From IMG/VR virus record IMGVR_UViG_3300022074_000023: a DNA stretch of 64,000 nucleotides; one strand, written 5' to 3'. Shown here in pieces: positions 10,279 through 19,357 of this stretch. This stretch comes from an uncultured virus (IMG/VR IMGVR_UViG_3300022074_000023) (lineage: Duplodnaviria; Heunggongvirae; Uroviricota; Caudoviricetes). Each line of letters opens with the position of its first letter. Position 1 is the first letter of the stretch. The notes beneath the pieces are model-generated. The model worked only from the letters and a program-made list of their open reading frames with translations. It ran no database searches and was not told the origin of the DNA. Both the position numbers and the translations under genes were made by a program.

Positions 10279-11715
10279 ATGTTCCAATCCGAACAGTTGC
10301 AGGAAAAGTGGGCACCTCTCCTCAATCATGAGGGTTGCGAGTCAATCAAAGATTCCCATCGTAGAGCTGTAACCGCTGTCCTGCTCGAGAACCAAGAAAA
10401 ATTCCTTCGTGAGCAAGCTGCATTTGAAGGCGGCAATGTTCAATCCCTGATGGAGGCACCAACCAACTCTGGTAACGCTGCTGGCGCACAAGGCGCTTTC
10501 GGTGGTGGTTCGCCTGAAGGTGGTCCTACCGCAGGTTTCGATCCCGTTCTGATCTCCTTGATCAGACGCTCCATGCCCAACCTGGTCGCTTATGACCTCG
10601 CTGGCGTTCAGCCAATGTCTGGTCCTACCGGACTGATCTTCGCAATGCGCTCCCGCTACACTAATCAAAGCGGAACCGAGGCATTCTTCGACGAAGCAGA
10701 CACCGCATTCTCTGCACAGAACAAGGGAATGGGTGCAGGTATCGATCAAGAATTCGCTGATAACGTTGCTGGTATTGGTACTACCACTCAGGCAGGTTCT
10801 AACCCAGGACTCCTGAACCCTGTTGGCACTGCTACCTCCACAGCATATAACGTTGCTGGTGGTATGCCTACTGGCGATTCTGAAGCACTTGATGGAACTG
10901 GTGCAAGTGCATTCAACCAGATGGCATTCTCGATTGAGAAAGTCACTGTAACCGCTAAGTCCAGAGCACTGAAGGCAGAATACAGCCTTGAGCTTGCACA
11001 GGATCTGAAGGCGATTCATGGTCTGAATGCAGAAGCTGAGTTGGCAAACATTCTGTCAACTGAGATTCTTGCTGAAATCAACCGTGAAGTCATCAGAACC
11101 ATCTACAAGGTTGCTGAGCAAGGTGCTGTACAAAACACCGCTACCGCTGGTGTATTCGACCTCGACGTTGATTCCAACGGTCGCTGGTCTGTTGAGAAGT
11201 TTAAGGGTCTTCTGTTCCAAATCGAGCGCGATGCAAACGCAATCGCACAAAGAACTCGTCGCGGAAAGGGCAACATCATCCTCTGTTCTGCAGACGTTGC
11301 ATCTGCCCTCACCATGGCAGGCGTCCTCGATTACACCCCTGCACTCAACGCTAACCTTAACGTTGATGACACTGGTAACACCTTCGCTGGTGTTCTGCAA
11401 GGTAAGTATCGTGTATACATCGATCCTTATTCTGCTAACCTCACTTCCGCAAACGGAACCCCAGGCAACCAGTACTATGTTGTCGGTTACAAGGGTACTT
11501 CCCCTTACGACGCTGGTCTGTTCTATTGCCCATATGTTCCCCTCCAGATGGTTCGTGCCGTTGGAGAGAACTCCTTCCAGCCCAAGATTGGCTTCAAGAC
11601 CCGCTACGGTCTGGTTGCCAACCCATTCGCAGAAGGAACCGACGCAGGTCTGGGTCGTCTTAAGGTCAATGCAAACCGCTACTATCGTCGCGTTGCAGTC
11701 AAGAACCTCATGTGA
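10279..11715 (+). CDS. gp23: Major capsid protein
   Basis: GVQPMSGPTGLIFAMRSRY, KSRALKAEYSLELAQDLKAIHGL, FQPKIGFKTRYG. Confidence 0.98.
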   Translation: MFQSEQLQEKWAPLLNHEGCESIKDSHRRAVTAVLLENQEKFLREQAAFEGGNVQSLMEAPTNSGNAAGAQGAFGGGSPEGGPTAGFDPVLISLIRRSMPNLVAYDLAGVQPMSGPTGLIFAMRSRYTNQSGTEAFFDEADTAFSAQNKGMGAGIDQEFADNVAGIGTTTQAGSNPGLLNPVGTATSTAYNVAGGMPTGDSEALDGTGASAFNQMAFSIEKVTVTAKSRALKAEYSLELAQDLKAIHGLNAEAELANILSTEILAEINREVIRTIYKVAEQGAVQNTATAGVFDLDVDSNGRWSVEKFKGLLFQIERDANAIAQRTRRGKGNIILCSADVASALTMAGVLDYTPALNANLNVDDTGNTFAGVLQGKYRVYIDPYSANLTSANGTPGNQYYVVGYKGTSPYDAGLFYCPYVPLQMVRAVGENSFQPKIGFKTRYGLVANPFAEGTDAGLGRLKVNANRYYRRVAVKNLM

Positions 11716-11735
11716 TCCAAGTTTCACATGTCATC

Positions 11736-11760
11736 AAGGACCCTTCGGGGTCCTTTTTTT
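11736..11760 (+). terminator. Intrinsic terminator with cUUCGg loop
   Basis: AAGGACCC-TTCG-GGGTCCTT followed by T run. Confidence 0.9.
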
Positions 11761-11792
11761 ATGCCTACAGATAAATAGTCAAAAAGAATAAA

Positions 11793-12353
11793 ATGACAGC
11801 ATCTTATCTTTCAAGACAGATAGAGAATAGAAATTTTTTATCACCAACTGGATTTAAATTTATTTTAAATCGAGCACCTAAAGTTGCATTCTTCAGTAAT
11901 TCTGCTAATATTCCATCGTTGGAATTAGGTTCTGCAGTACAAACAACTTATTTGAAAGACCTTGATATTCCTGGTGACAAAATTGTTTTTGAAGATTTCA
12001 GTCTGAGATTTTTAGTTGATGAAGATTTGAAAAACTATATGGAGATTCAAAATTGGATACGCGGTCTTGGATTTCCCGAATCTTTAAATGAAATAAGAGA
12101 ATTTCAAAAAGGAAATCCAAACATTGAGACATCCTCTTCAGGTGGAATGGATATCTATTCAGATGGAACTTTGACAGTTCTTGGTAGTAGTATGAGACCT
12201 AACTTTTTAGTTAAGTTTAGTGATCTTTATCCATATAGTCTGTCAACATTAAACTTTGATGCTACAGAAACTGATGTAGACTACTTTACAGCAGACGTTT
12301 CTTTCAAGTATACTGTCTATAATATAACTGATTTAAATGGCAATCCTTTATGA
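11793..12353 (+). CDS. gp3: Tail completion / sheath stabilizer
   Basis: NFLSPTGFKF, FLVDEDLKNYMEIQNW; position after gp23. Confidence 0.85.
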   Translation: MTASYLSRQIENRNFLSPTGFKFILNRAPKVAFFSNSANIPSLELGSAVQTTYLKDLDIPGDKIVFEDFSLRFLVDEDLKNYMEIQNWIRGLGFPESLNEIREFQKGNPNIETSSSGGMDIYSDGTLTVLGSSMRPNFLVKFSDLYPYSLSTLNFDATETDVDYFTADVSFKYTVYNITDLNGNPL

Positions 12354-12784
12354 TCGATCTTGATAAACTTCAAGGAATGTGGGAAAAGGATTCTAAAATT
12401 GATATGGATAATCTCCATACAGAATCAACAAATATTCCCACACTTCATGCAAAGTATTTTGAACTATATAATACAGTGTTTCTTCTTAGAAAAAAAGCAG
12501 AACAACAAAGAAAAAACATTAGACATGAACGGTATGAATATTTCAGTGGAAAAGCAGATCCTGATGTATACATAGAAAATCCGTTTCCAAAAAAGATTAG
12601 AGATAAAGATACGATGCAGAAGTATCTTGACGCTGATGAAAAATTATCTTCAGTATGTTTAAAAATTGACTACTATGATACAATGCTAGTTTATATTGAG
12701 AGTATACTTAAACAGATAACTAATAGAACTTATCAAATCAAAAACGCAATAGAATTCATGAGATTTAACGCGGGGCTAGGATGA
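12350..12784 (+). CDS. uvsY: Recombination mediator UvsY
   Basis: W..DSKID...LHAKY, YQIKNAIEFMRF. Confidence 0.9.
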   Translation: MIDLDKLQGMWEKDSKIDMDNLHTESTNIPTLHAKYFELYNTVFLLRKKAEQQRKNIRHERYEYFSGKADPDVYIENPFPKKIRDKDTMQKYLDADEKLSSVCLKIDYYDTMLVYIESILKQITNRTYQIKNAIEFMRFNAGLG

Positions 12785-13002
12785 TGTCAGACGATTGGAT
12801 TTATCAAGATGAAGAATTTGATGAAGATCTTCCATACATAGAATTACAATTTGGAGAGGGAGATCTAAATTTACTTTATAGATCAGTTTCCGTACACTTA
12901 GATAAGTGGACAGGTGGGGATCCTGATGAGCAAGAAAGACTTCATTATTTAAAGAATTTTTTATATAGAGTAGTTCTCGAATATAAGTATAAAATGAAAT
13001 AA
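12781..13002 (+). CDS. Hypothetical protein
   Basis: 73 aa; ATGA overlap with uvsY. Confidence 0.6.
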   Translation: MMSDDWIYQDEEFDEDLPYIELQFGEGDLNLLYRSVSVHLDKWTGGDPDEQERLHYLKNFLYRVVLEYKYKMK

Positions 13003-13029
13003 TAAATATCTTCAGATGTATGGATACAT

Positions 13030-14508
13030 GTGATTGATACAACAGCAAATCTTGTTATATCCAAATCAAACGAAGTATTTTTAAAAATTAACACAGAACC
13101 ACATATTGAATACGAACTTAGAGACCACTTTAAGTTTGAAGTTCCTAATGCAAAGTTTATGCCACAATATCGTGGTAGAAATTGGAACGGAGAAATTCAT
13201 CTATACGATATGCGTTCTAAGCAGATCTATGTTGGTTTATTAGATAAGATTGTCAATTTCTGTAAGCAGTATGGATACACTTACAGATTTCAAGATAATA
13301 AATTTTATGGCACTCCATATGAAGAGAATGACAATATCTCAATGGAAGGTGTCAAAGATTATATGCATTCCATTTGTGCCCATACTCCCAGGAAATACCA
13401 GATTGAGGGAGTATATGGTGCCCTAAAGCATAATAGAAAGTTATTGATAAGCCCCACTGCATCTGGCAAATCACTGATGATTTATTCTCTAGTAAGATAC
13501 TATGTTGATAAAGGTGAAAAAATTCTTCTAGTTGTTCCGACGACATCTCTTGTAGAACAGATGTATAAGGATTTTCTTGATTATGGTTGGAATGCTGACT
13601 CATATTGCCACCGTATATATTCTGGTAAAGAAAAAAGTAATAATGCCCCTGTAACCATCACCACTTGGCAGTCTGTATATAAACTTGATCGTTCTTTCTT
13701 TGAAGACTATGGTGTAATTATAGGTGATGAAGCACATTTATTCAAGTCTAAGTCTTTGATTCAGATTATGACAAAGCTTCATCATGCGAAGTATAGATTT
13801 GGTTTCACCGGAACTTTAGACGGCACACAGACGCACAAATGGGTCTTAGAGGGGTTGTTTGGACCTTCATATAAAGTCACTAGAACTGAAGAATTAATGA
13901 GGCAAGGACATCTATCCCAATTAGATATCCAGTGTCTTGTACTTAAACATCCACCTCAAAAATTTGAAGTATATGAAGATGAAATTCAATATCTAATTGG
14001 ACATGAGCAAAGAAATAAATTTATTACCAATCTAACTTTGGATCTGAAAGGAAATACTCTTGTGCTATTCAGTAGAGTAGAAGCACATGGTGCTATACTT
14101 TTCGATCAAATAAATACTAATAAGAGTGAAGGTAGAAAAGTATTTTTTGTTCACGGTGGTATTGACGCTGAAGAACGGGAATTGGTAAGGGAAATAACAG
14201 AAAGAGAAAACAACGCAATCATCGTTGCTTCTTATGGAACTTTTTCTACAGGCATTAATATTAAAAAACTCCATAATGTTATCTTTGCATCTCCAAGCAA
14301 ATCAAGAATCAGAAATTTACAATCAATTGGTAGAGTACTTAGAAAAGGAAAAGATAAGACTAAAGCAGTCCTCTACGACATCTCTGATGATTGTTCTACT
14401 AAATCAAGACGAAACTATACTTTGAATCATTTTATAGAGCGTATTAAAATCTACAATGAAGAAAAGTTTAATTATGAAATAATCACCATACAACTAAAGG
14501 AAAAATGA
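13030..14508 (+). CDS. uvsW: SF2 helicase UvsW
   Basis: PTASGKS, DEAH, QSIGRVLR. Confidence 0.95.
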   Translation: MIDTTANLVISKSNEVFLKINTEPHIEYELRDHFKFEVPNAKFMPQYRGRNWNGEIHLYDMRSKQIYVGLLDKIVNFCKQYGYTYRFQDNKFYGTPYEENDNISMEGVKDYMHSICAHTPRKYQIEGVYGALKHNRKLLISPTASGKSLMIYSLVRYYVDKGEKILLVVPTTSLVEQMYKDFLDYGWNADSYCHRIYSGKEKSNNAPVTITTWQSVYKLDRSFFEDYGVIIGDEAHLFKSKSLIQIMTKLHHAKYRFGFTGTLDGTQTHKWVLEGLFGPSYKVTRTEELMRQGHLSQLDIQCLVLKHPPQKFEVYEDEIQYLIGHEQRNKFITNLTLDLKGNTLVLFSRVEAHGAILFDQINTNKSEGRKVFFVHGGIDAEERELVREITERENNAIIVASYGTFSTGINIKKLHNVIFASPSKSRIRNLQSIGRVLRKGKDKTKAVLYDISDDCSTKSRRNYTLNHFIERIKIYNEEKFNYEIITIQLKEK

Positions 14509-14903
14509 TAGAAGATGACTTTTACGCAACAATTAAATTTAAATCAGGTGAAGAAATATTTTGCAAAGTAGCTGCTACCGAAGAAGAAGACAGAACACTT
14601 CTTTTAATATCAAATCCAATTACAGTATGTGAGTTAAGGGGAAGAGGAGGTGTTGTAGGATACAAGGTAGAACCTTGGTTAAAAACAAGTACCGAGGATA
14701 TGCTAATCGTAAATATGTGTGATGTTCTTACAATGTCTGAATCAAGTGATATAGAAATGATTATGGTATATCAAAATTTTGTAAGACAATCAGATAAGAA
14801 AGATTCTAATGACTATAAACTAGATCGTAAGATGGGGTATCTTGGAAATGTAAATGATACTAAAGAGATATTAGAGAAGATATTTAAGAGTAGCCAAGAC
14901 TAA
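14505..14903 (+). CDS. Conserved hypothetical protein
   Basis: IKFKSGEEIF; usual position between uvsW and gp55. Confidence 0.65.
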   Translation: MIEDDFYATIKFKSGEEIFCKVAATEEEDRTLLLISNPITVCELRGRGGVVGYKVEPWLKTSTEDMLIVNMCDVLTMSESSDIEMIMVYQNFVRQSDKKDSNDYKLDRKMGYLGNVNDTKEILEKIFKSSQD

Positions 14904-14944
14904 CCTTCAAACCCAACAAAGTTATTCTACTTGGATTACAAAAC

Positions 14945-14973
14945 TTGTCAAGTTTGTAGTAAGGTGATATAAT
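14945..14973 (+). promoter_or_regulatory. Sigma70-type promoter TTGTCA-N17-TATAAT
   Basis: 17-nt spacing, upstream of gp55. Confidence 0.7.
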
Positions 14974-14997
14974 TCATACATATTATGAGATAAACTT

Positions 14998-15492
14998 ATG
15001 ATAGGACCTATGGCAAAACGAAAGAGGTCAGAACATTATGTAAATAATAAAGAATTTCTGGCAGCACTTATCAAGTATCGCGAAGACAAAGAAATTGCAG
15101 AGATGAAAGGTCTTCCAAAACCTCCTATTCCACGCTACATTGGTGAATGTTTTTTGAAGATCGCTAATCATCTTTCATTCAAACCAAATTTTGTCAACTA
15201 CATGTTCAAGGAGGATATGATTTCAGATGGAATCGAAAATTGCGTTCAGTACATTCATAATTTTAATCCTGAGAAATCCCAAAATCCTTTTGCTTACTTT
15301 ACGCAGATCATTCATTATGCGTTTCTCCGCAGGATTCAAAGGGAAAAGCGTCAATTAGAAATCAAGAATAAAATTATTGAACGATCTGGTTATAGTGAAG
15401 TATTTGATGACAACAATACCCTTGACGGATCAAACTACAGTGACTACAATAGTATTAAAGACTCTGTTCATAGTAAACTTCGTTATAATTAA
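14998..15492 (+). CDS. gp55: Late-transcription sigma factor
   Basis: HYVNNKEF, DMISDGIENC, NPFAYFTQII..AFLRRI. Confidence 0.95.
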   Translation: MIGPMAKRKRSEHYVNNKEFLAALIKYREDKEIAEMKGLPKPPIPRYIGECFLKIANHLSFKPNFVNYMFKEDMISDGIENCVQYIHNFNPEKSQNPFAYFTQIIHYAFLRRIQREKRQLEIKNKIIERSGYSEVFDDNNTLDGSNYSDYNSIKDSVHSKLRYN

Positions 15493-15498
15493 TGTCTT

Positions 15499-16056
15499 GT
15501 GAATTTTGTTTCCGTATTATCTAACCAAAAAGTATTTTATGCTGATAATTATAATCGTCATAAACAACTTAAAGATGATTTGCTTGAATTTTTAGAAAAT
15601 CATGAAGATATCCAGCAAAGAAAAACAAATGTTAAGGCTACAGCAACAGACTGGATCATGAAGATTGAAAGTCAAGAACTGGATAAATTCAAGGATGGCG
15701 TTCTCGACTTTATGCTAAACATTCCTTTTGATACGGGTGGTTGCCTTGGTCATTATCAGGACCGTAGAAACTTTCGTATGATAGATTGTTGGGGAAATAT
15801 TTACAGAAGAGGAGATTACACTCAAGATCATACTCACTTACCTTCTCAATATTCTTGGGTTTATTTTTTAAAATCAAAACCAAATTATTCTCCTCTGTTA
15901 TTTGATTATTGGGATCAAAATAAAAGGAAAATGAAATCGGTTACAATATTACCAATTGAGTCTAGAATAGTTTTATTTCCCAGCAATTTGCACCATAGAG
16001 TTCCCGTTCATATCCATGATGAAACTAGAATTACGATTTCCGGTAATATAGAATAA
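15499..16056 (+). CDS. 2OG-Fe(II) oxygenase-like protein
   Basis: HTH...SWVYF, LFPSNLHHRV, RITISGN. Confidence 0.8.
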   Translation: MNFVSVLSNQKVFYADNYNRHKQLKDDLLEFLENHEDIQQRKTNVKATATDWIMKIESQELDKFKDGVLDFMLNIPFDTGGCLGHYQDRRNFRMIDCWGNIYRRGDYTQDHTHLPSQYSWVYFLKSKPNYSPLLFDYWDQNKRKMKSVTILPIESRIVLFPSNLHHRVPVHIHDETRITISGNIE

Positions 16057-17096
16057 TGAAAGTTGCTATTATCACAGATCAGCATTTTGGCGCAAGAAAG
16101 AACTCTAAGTTATTTCATGATTATTTTTTAAAATTTTATAATGATATTTTCTTTCCTTATCTGGAGAAGGAAGGAATTACAACCATTGTAGATATGGGAG
16201 ATACCTTTGACAGTCGTAAGGGTATTGATTTTTCTGCACTATCGTGGGCAAAAAATAATTACTATGATAGACTTCGTGATATGGGTGTCACCATTCACAC
16301 TATTGTAGGAAATCATACTGCGTATTATAAAAATACCAATGATGTCAATGCAGTGGATCTTCTATTACGTGAATATGATAATGTAATTGTTTATCCAGAA
16401 GCAACAGAAGTCAAATTAGGTGACGCTGATGTATTGTTTATTCCTTGGATTAATTCTGAAAATGAAGAAAAAACTTATAAACTTGTTAAAAGTTCAACTT
16501 GCAACTATGCGATGGGGCACCTTGAACTCATCGGATTTAGAGCTCATCGAGGGGTCATCATGGAGCATGGTCATGAAAGCAAGTTATTTGAGAAGTTCTC
16601 CCATGTCTTCAGCGGTCACTATCACACTCGATCGGATAATGGACGGATCTATTACTTGGGAAACCCCTACGAAATGTTCTGGAACGATGTCGGTGATCGG
16701 AGAGGATTCACCATCCTTGATACAGAAACTTTTGAACATTTTCATGTAGACAATCCGTATCAACTTTTTAAAATTCTTTACTATGATGATGACTCAGCAT
16801 CACTTTTAGATACAAGACCTTATGAAAATAAGATTGTCAAAGTAATTGTAAGAAATAAACCGAGACAAAAAGAATTTGAAAAGGTAATTGATAAACTTTA
16901 TTCCTGTGGAGTTGCTGATCTTAAAGTTATAGAAAATTTTGATATTCAAGAACCGGAAGAATTTGATGTGCTAGAATCAGAAGATACCCTTTCAATCTTG
17001 AATAGATATATTCAGGAGGCAGAAATAAAACTTGATAAATCTAAAGTCCAAAATATAATGAGGGCAACATATCAAGAGGCATGTGAACTAATCTAG
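16056..17096 (+). CDS. gp47: Recombination endonuclease subunit (Mre11/SbcD-like)
   Basis: TDQHFG, GDTFD, GNH, SGHYH. Confidence 0.95.
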   Translation: MKVAIITDQHFGARKNSKLFHDYFLKFYNDIFFPYLEKEGITTIVDMGDTFDSRKGIDFSALSWAKNNYYDRLRDMGVTIHTIVGNHTAYYKNTNDVNAVDLLLREYDNVIVYPEATEVKLGDADVLFIPWINSENEEKTYKLVKSSTCNYAMGHLELIGFRAHRGVIMEHGHESKLFEKFSHVFSGHYHTRSDNGRIYYLGNPYEMFWNDVGDRRGFTILDTETFEHFHVDNPYQLFKILYYDDDSASLLDTRPYENKIVKVIVRNKPRQKEFEKVIDKLYSCGVADLKVIENFDIQEPEEFDVLESEDTLSILNRYIQEAEIKLDKSKVQNIMRATYQEACELI

Positions 17097-17097
17097 A

Positions 17098-17370
17098 ATG
17101 TTTATTTTAACAATCAATGGCAGAGAAACTGAAGGTGCATATTCTGTAAAGGACGAATTGGGAGAACAAATCCTGTATTTGTTTGCAGAAGAAGATGATG
17201 CCATTCGGTATGCTATGATGTTAGAAGAAGACGATTACCCAGAAATGCATGTAATAGAAATAGACGATGAAGTGATGTTAAAAACTTGTGAAATGCATGG
17301 TTATCAATATTCACTTATTACACAAAATGATATCGTAATACCTCCAGACACTGAACATGATTTTATTTGA
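17098..17370 (+). CDS. Conserved hypothetical protein
   Basis: LYLFAEEDDAIRYAMML; between gp47 and gp46. Confidence 0.65.
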   Translation: MFILTINGRETEGAYSVKDELGEQILYLFAEEDDAIRYAMMLEEDDYPEMHVIEIDDEVMLKTCEMHGYQYSLITQNDIVIPPDTEHDFI

Positions 17371-19069
17371 AAAAGTCCGTTGGAAAAACTTTCTTTCTAC
17401 TGGAAATCAATTTACTGAAATTCAATTAAACGACACTAACACTAATTTGATTGTTGGATCAAATGGTGCAGGTAAGAGCACAGTTTTGGATGCTCTTACC
17501 TTTTCTTTGTTTGGAAGAGCATTCCGAAAAATTAATAAACCACAACTTATAAACACTGTAAATGATAAAGACTGTAAGGTAGAAGTTGAATTTACAATTG
17601 GAAAAACTTCATGGAAGGTTGTTCGTGGTATTAAACCTGCTATTTTTGAAATCTGGAGAGATGATTCTCTTTTAGATCAAGCGTCTTCTGCTGCAGACCA
17701 ACAGAAATGGTTTGAGCAAAATGTATTGAAGATGAATTACAAGTCCTTCACACAGATTGTCATTCTTGGGAGTAGCACATTTGTTCCCTTCATGCAATTG
17801 ACAGCATCTAATCGTAGAGATGTTATTGAAGATCTTCTTGATATTCGTATTTTTTCTACAATGAATGTAGTTTTAAAAGAAAAGATTCGTTCTATAAAAG
17901 AAGAAGTTAAAGTTTTTGAGTTGAAGAAAGAGTCTCTTCTTGATAAAGTTGAAATGCAAAAAAACTTTATTGAAGAACTTGAGTGTCGTGGAAAAGAAAA
18001 TGTAAAGCAAAAAGAAAATAAAATTCAAGAACTTCTTATTGAAGAAAATAATTTGATGCTTTCAAATCAAATTATTGAAGAGGATGTATTTAAATTAAAC
18101 AAAGAAATTGAAGAAGTAACTGGAGCAACCGATAAACTGCGTAAGCTTGGTAATTTAAAAGGTAAGATTTCTAATAAAGTAGCGACCATAACTAAGGAAC
18201 ATAAATTCTTCACAGAGAATACGGTCTGCCCTACTTGCAATCAAGACATTGAAGAAACCTTCAGAATAAATAGAATTAAGGACGCTCAAGATAAGGCAAA
18301 GGAGTTGCAATCTGGTTATCAAGAACTAGAGGACGCAATTAATAAGGAAGAAGAGCGAGAGCGTCAATTTTTATTCTTAAGTAAGGAGACAACAACTTTA
18401 ACACATGGCATTTCTAAGAACAATACTAAGATCTCTGGATGTCAACGACAAATCAGAGATCTGGAATCGGAAATTCAAAGAGTTACCGACCAACTTGCAA
18501 ATAGAAATATTGAAAATGAAAAGTTAAAATCTCTTAAAGACAACTTAAAAACAACATACGACGAACTCGCACAACGTAAGGACACAATAGACTACTACGA
18601 TTTTTCGTATAGTCTTCTTAAAGACGGTGGAGTAAAATCCAAAATCATAAAGAAGTATCTACCGCTGATAAATCAGCAAGTCAATCGTTATCTTCAAATG
18701 ATGGACTTCTACATCAACTTCACGCTTGATGAGGAATTTAACGAAACCGTCCAGTCCCCAATCCATGAAGATTTTTCCTACGCTTCTTTTAGCGAAGGAG
18801 AAAAGATGAGAATCGATCTAGCACTTTTGTTTACATGGCGTGAAGTTGCTAGAATGAAAAATTCTGTTAATACTAATCTACTAATTATGGATGAAGTGTT
18901 TGATAGTTCTCTTGATGGATTTGGTACAGAAGAATTCCTAAAGATTATTCGTTTTGTAATTAAAGATGCAAATGTATTTGTTATCTCACATAAGACTGGT
19001 ATGGATGACAGATTTGCCAACGTGATAAAATTTGAAAAAGTAAAAGGTTTTTCGCATAAGGTAAATTGA
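17357..19069 (+). CDS. gp46: Recombination endonuclease ATPase subunit (Rad50/SbcC-like)
   Basis: GSNGAGKST, zinc hook CPTC, FSEGEK, DEVFDSSLD. Confidence 0.96.
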   Translation: MILFEKVRWKNFLSTGNQFTEIQLNDTNTNLIVGSNGAGKSTVLDALTFSLFGRAFRKINKPQLINTVNDKDCKVEVEFTIGKTSWKVVRGIKPAIFEIWRDDSLLDQASSAADQQKWFEQNVLKMNYKSFTQIVILGSSTFVPFMQLTASNRRDVIEDLLDIRIFSTMNVVLKEKIRSIKEEVKVFELKKESLLDKVEMQKNFIEELECRGKENVKQKENKIQELLIEENNLMLSNQIIEEDVFKLNKEIEEVTGATDKLRKLGNLKGKISNKVATITKEHKFFTENTVCPTCNQDIEETFRINRIKDAQDKAKELQSGYQELEDAINKEEERERQFLFLSKETTTLTHGISKNNTKISGCQRQIRDLESEIQRVTDQLANRNIENEKLKSLKDNLKTTYDELAQRKDTIDYYDFSYSLLKDGGVKSKIIKKYLPLINQQVNRYLQMMDFYINFTLDEEFNETVQSPIHEDFSYASFSEGEKMRIDLALLFTWREVARMKNSVNTNLLIMDEVFDSSLDGFGTEEFLKIIRFVIKDANVFVISHKTGMDDRFANVIKFEKVKGFSHKVN

Positions 19070-19126
19070 TAGATGAAAACAATACCCTATGGTATGATAG
19101 GGTGATAAACGAATCTATAAAGAAAA

Positions 19127-19357
19127 ATGCAAGTTCCAAATTGGAAGCATCACTCCCGGAAGGAGAAGAAACGAAAATTAAAACCACAGGCAATGAGAGC
19201 AAGGCGTGAAGCACTACGCCAATTCAAGAAGAGGTACACAGGGTCGTCTAAAGGGCGACCTTTTTTTGTATACTGGTCTTATAGACAAGAAAACACATGT
19301 CCGTTCAACACGAAATCAAGTCACAACTTGCCAAACTGCTTGCAACTGAAGACCTGA
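19127..19357 (+). CDS. Small basic hypothetical protein
   Basis: MQVPNWKHHSRKEKKRKLKPQAMRARR; frame runs through a terminator-like hairpin, so 3' part uncertain. Confidence 0.5.
   Translation: MQVPNWKHHSRKEKKRKLKPQAMRARREALRQFKKRYTGSSKGRPFFVYWSYRQENTCPFNTKSSHNLPNCLQLKT
19241..19267 (+). terminator. Intrinsic terminator
   Basis: GGTCGTC-TAAAG-GGCGACC followed by T7. Confidence 0.6.

Noticed and set aside
10342..11791. Long antisense (225, 223 aa) and alternate-frame (254 aa) ORFs over gp23
   Set aside because: Expected shadows of the strong codon bias of gp23; no recognisable motifs or signals
19069..19110. Nested inverted repeat ACCCTAT/ATAGGGT within ATAGAT/ATCTAT after gp46
   Set aside because: No T tract and no second copy; too weak to call a function
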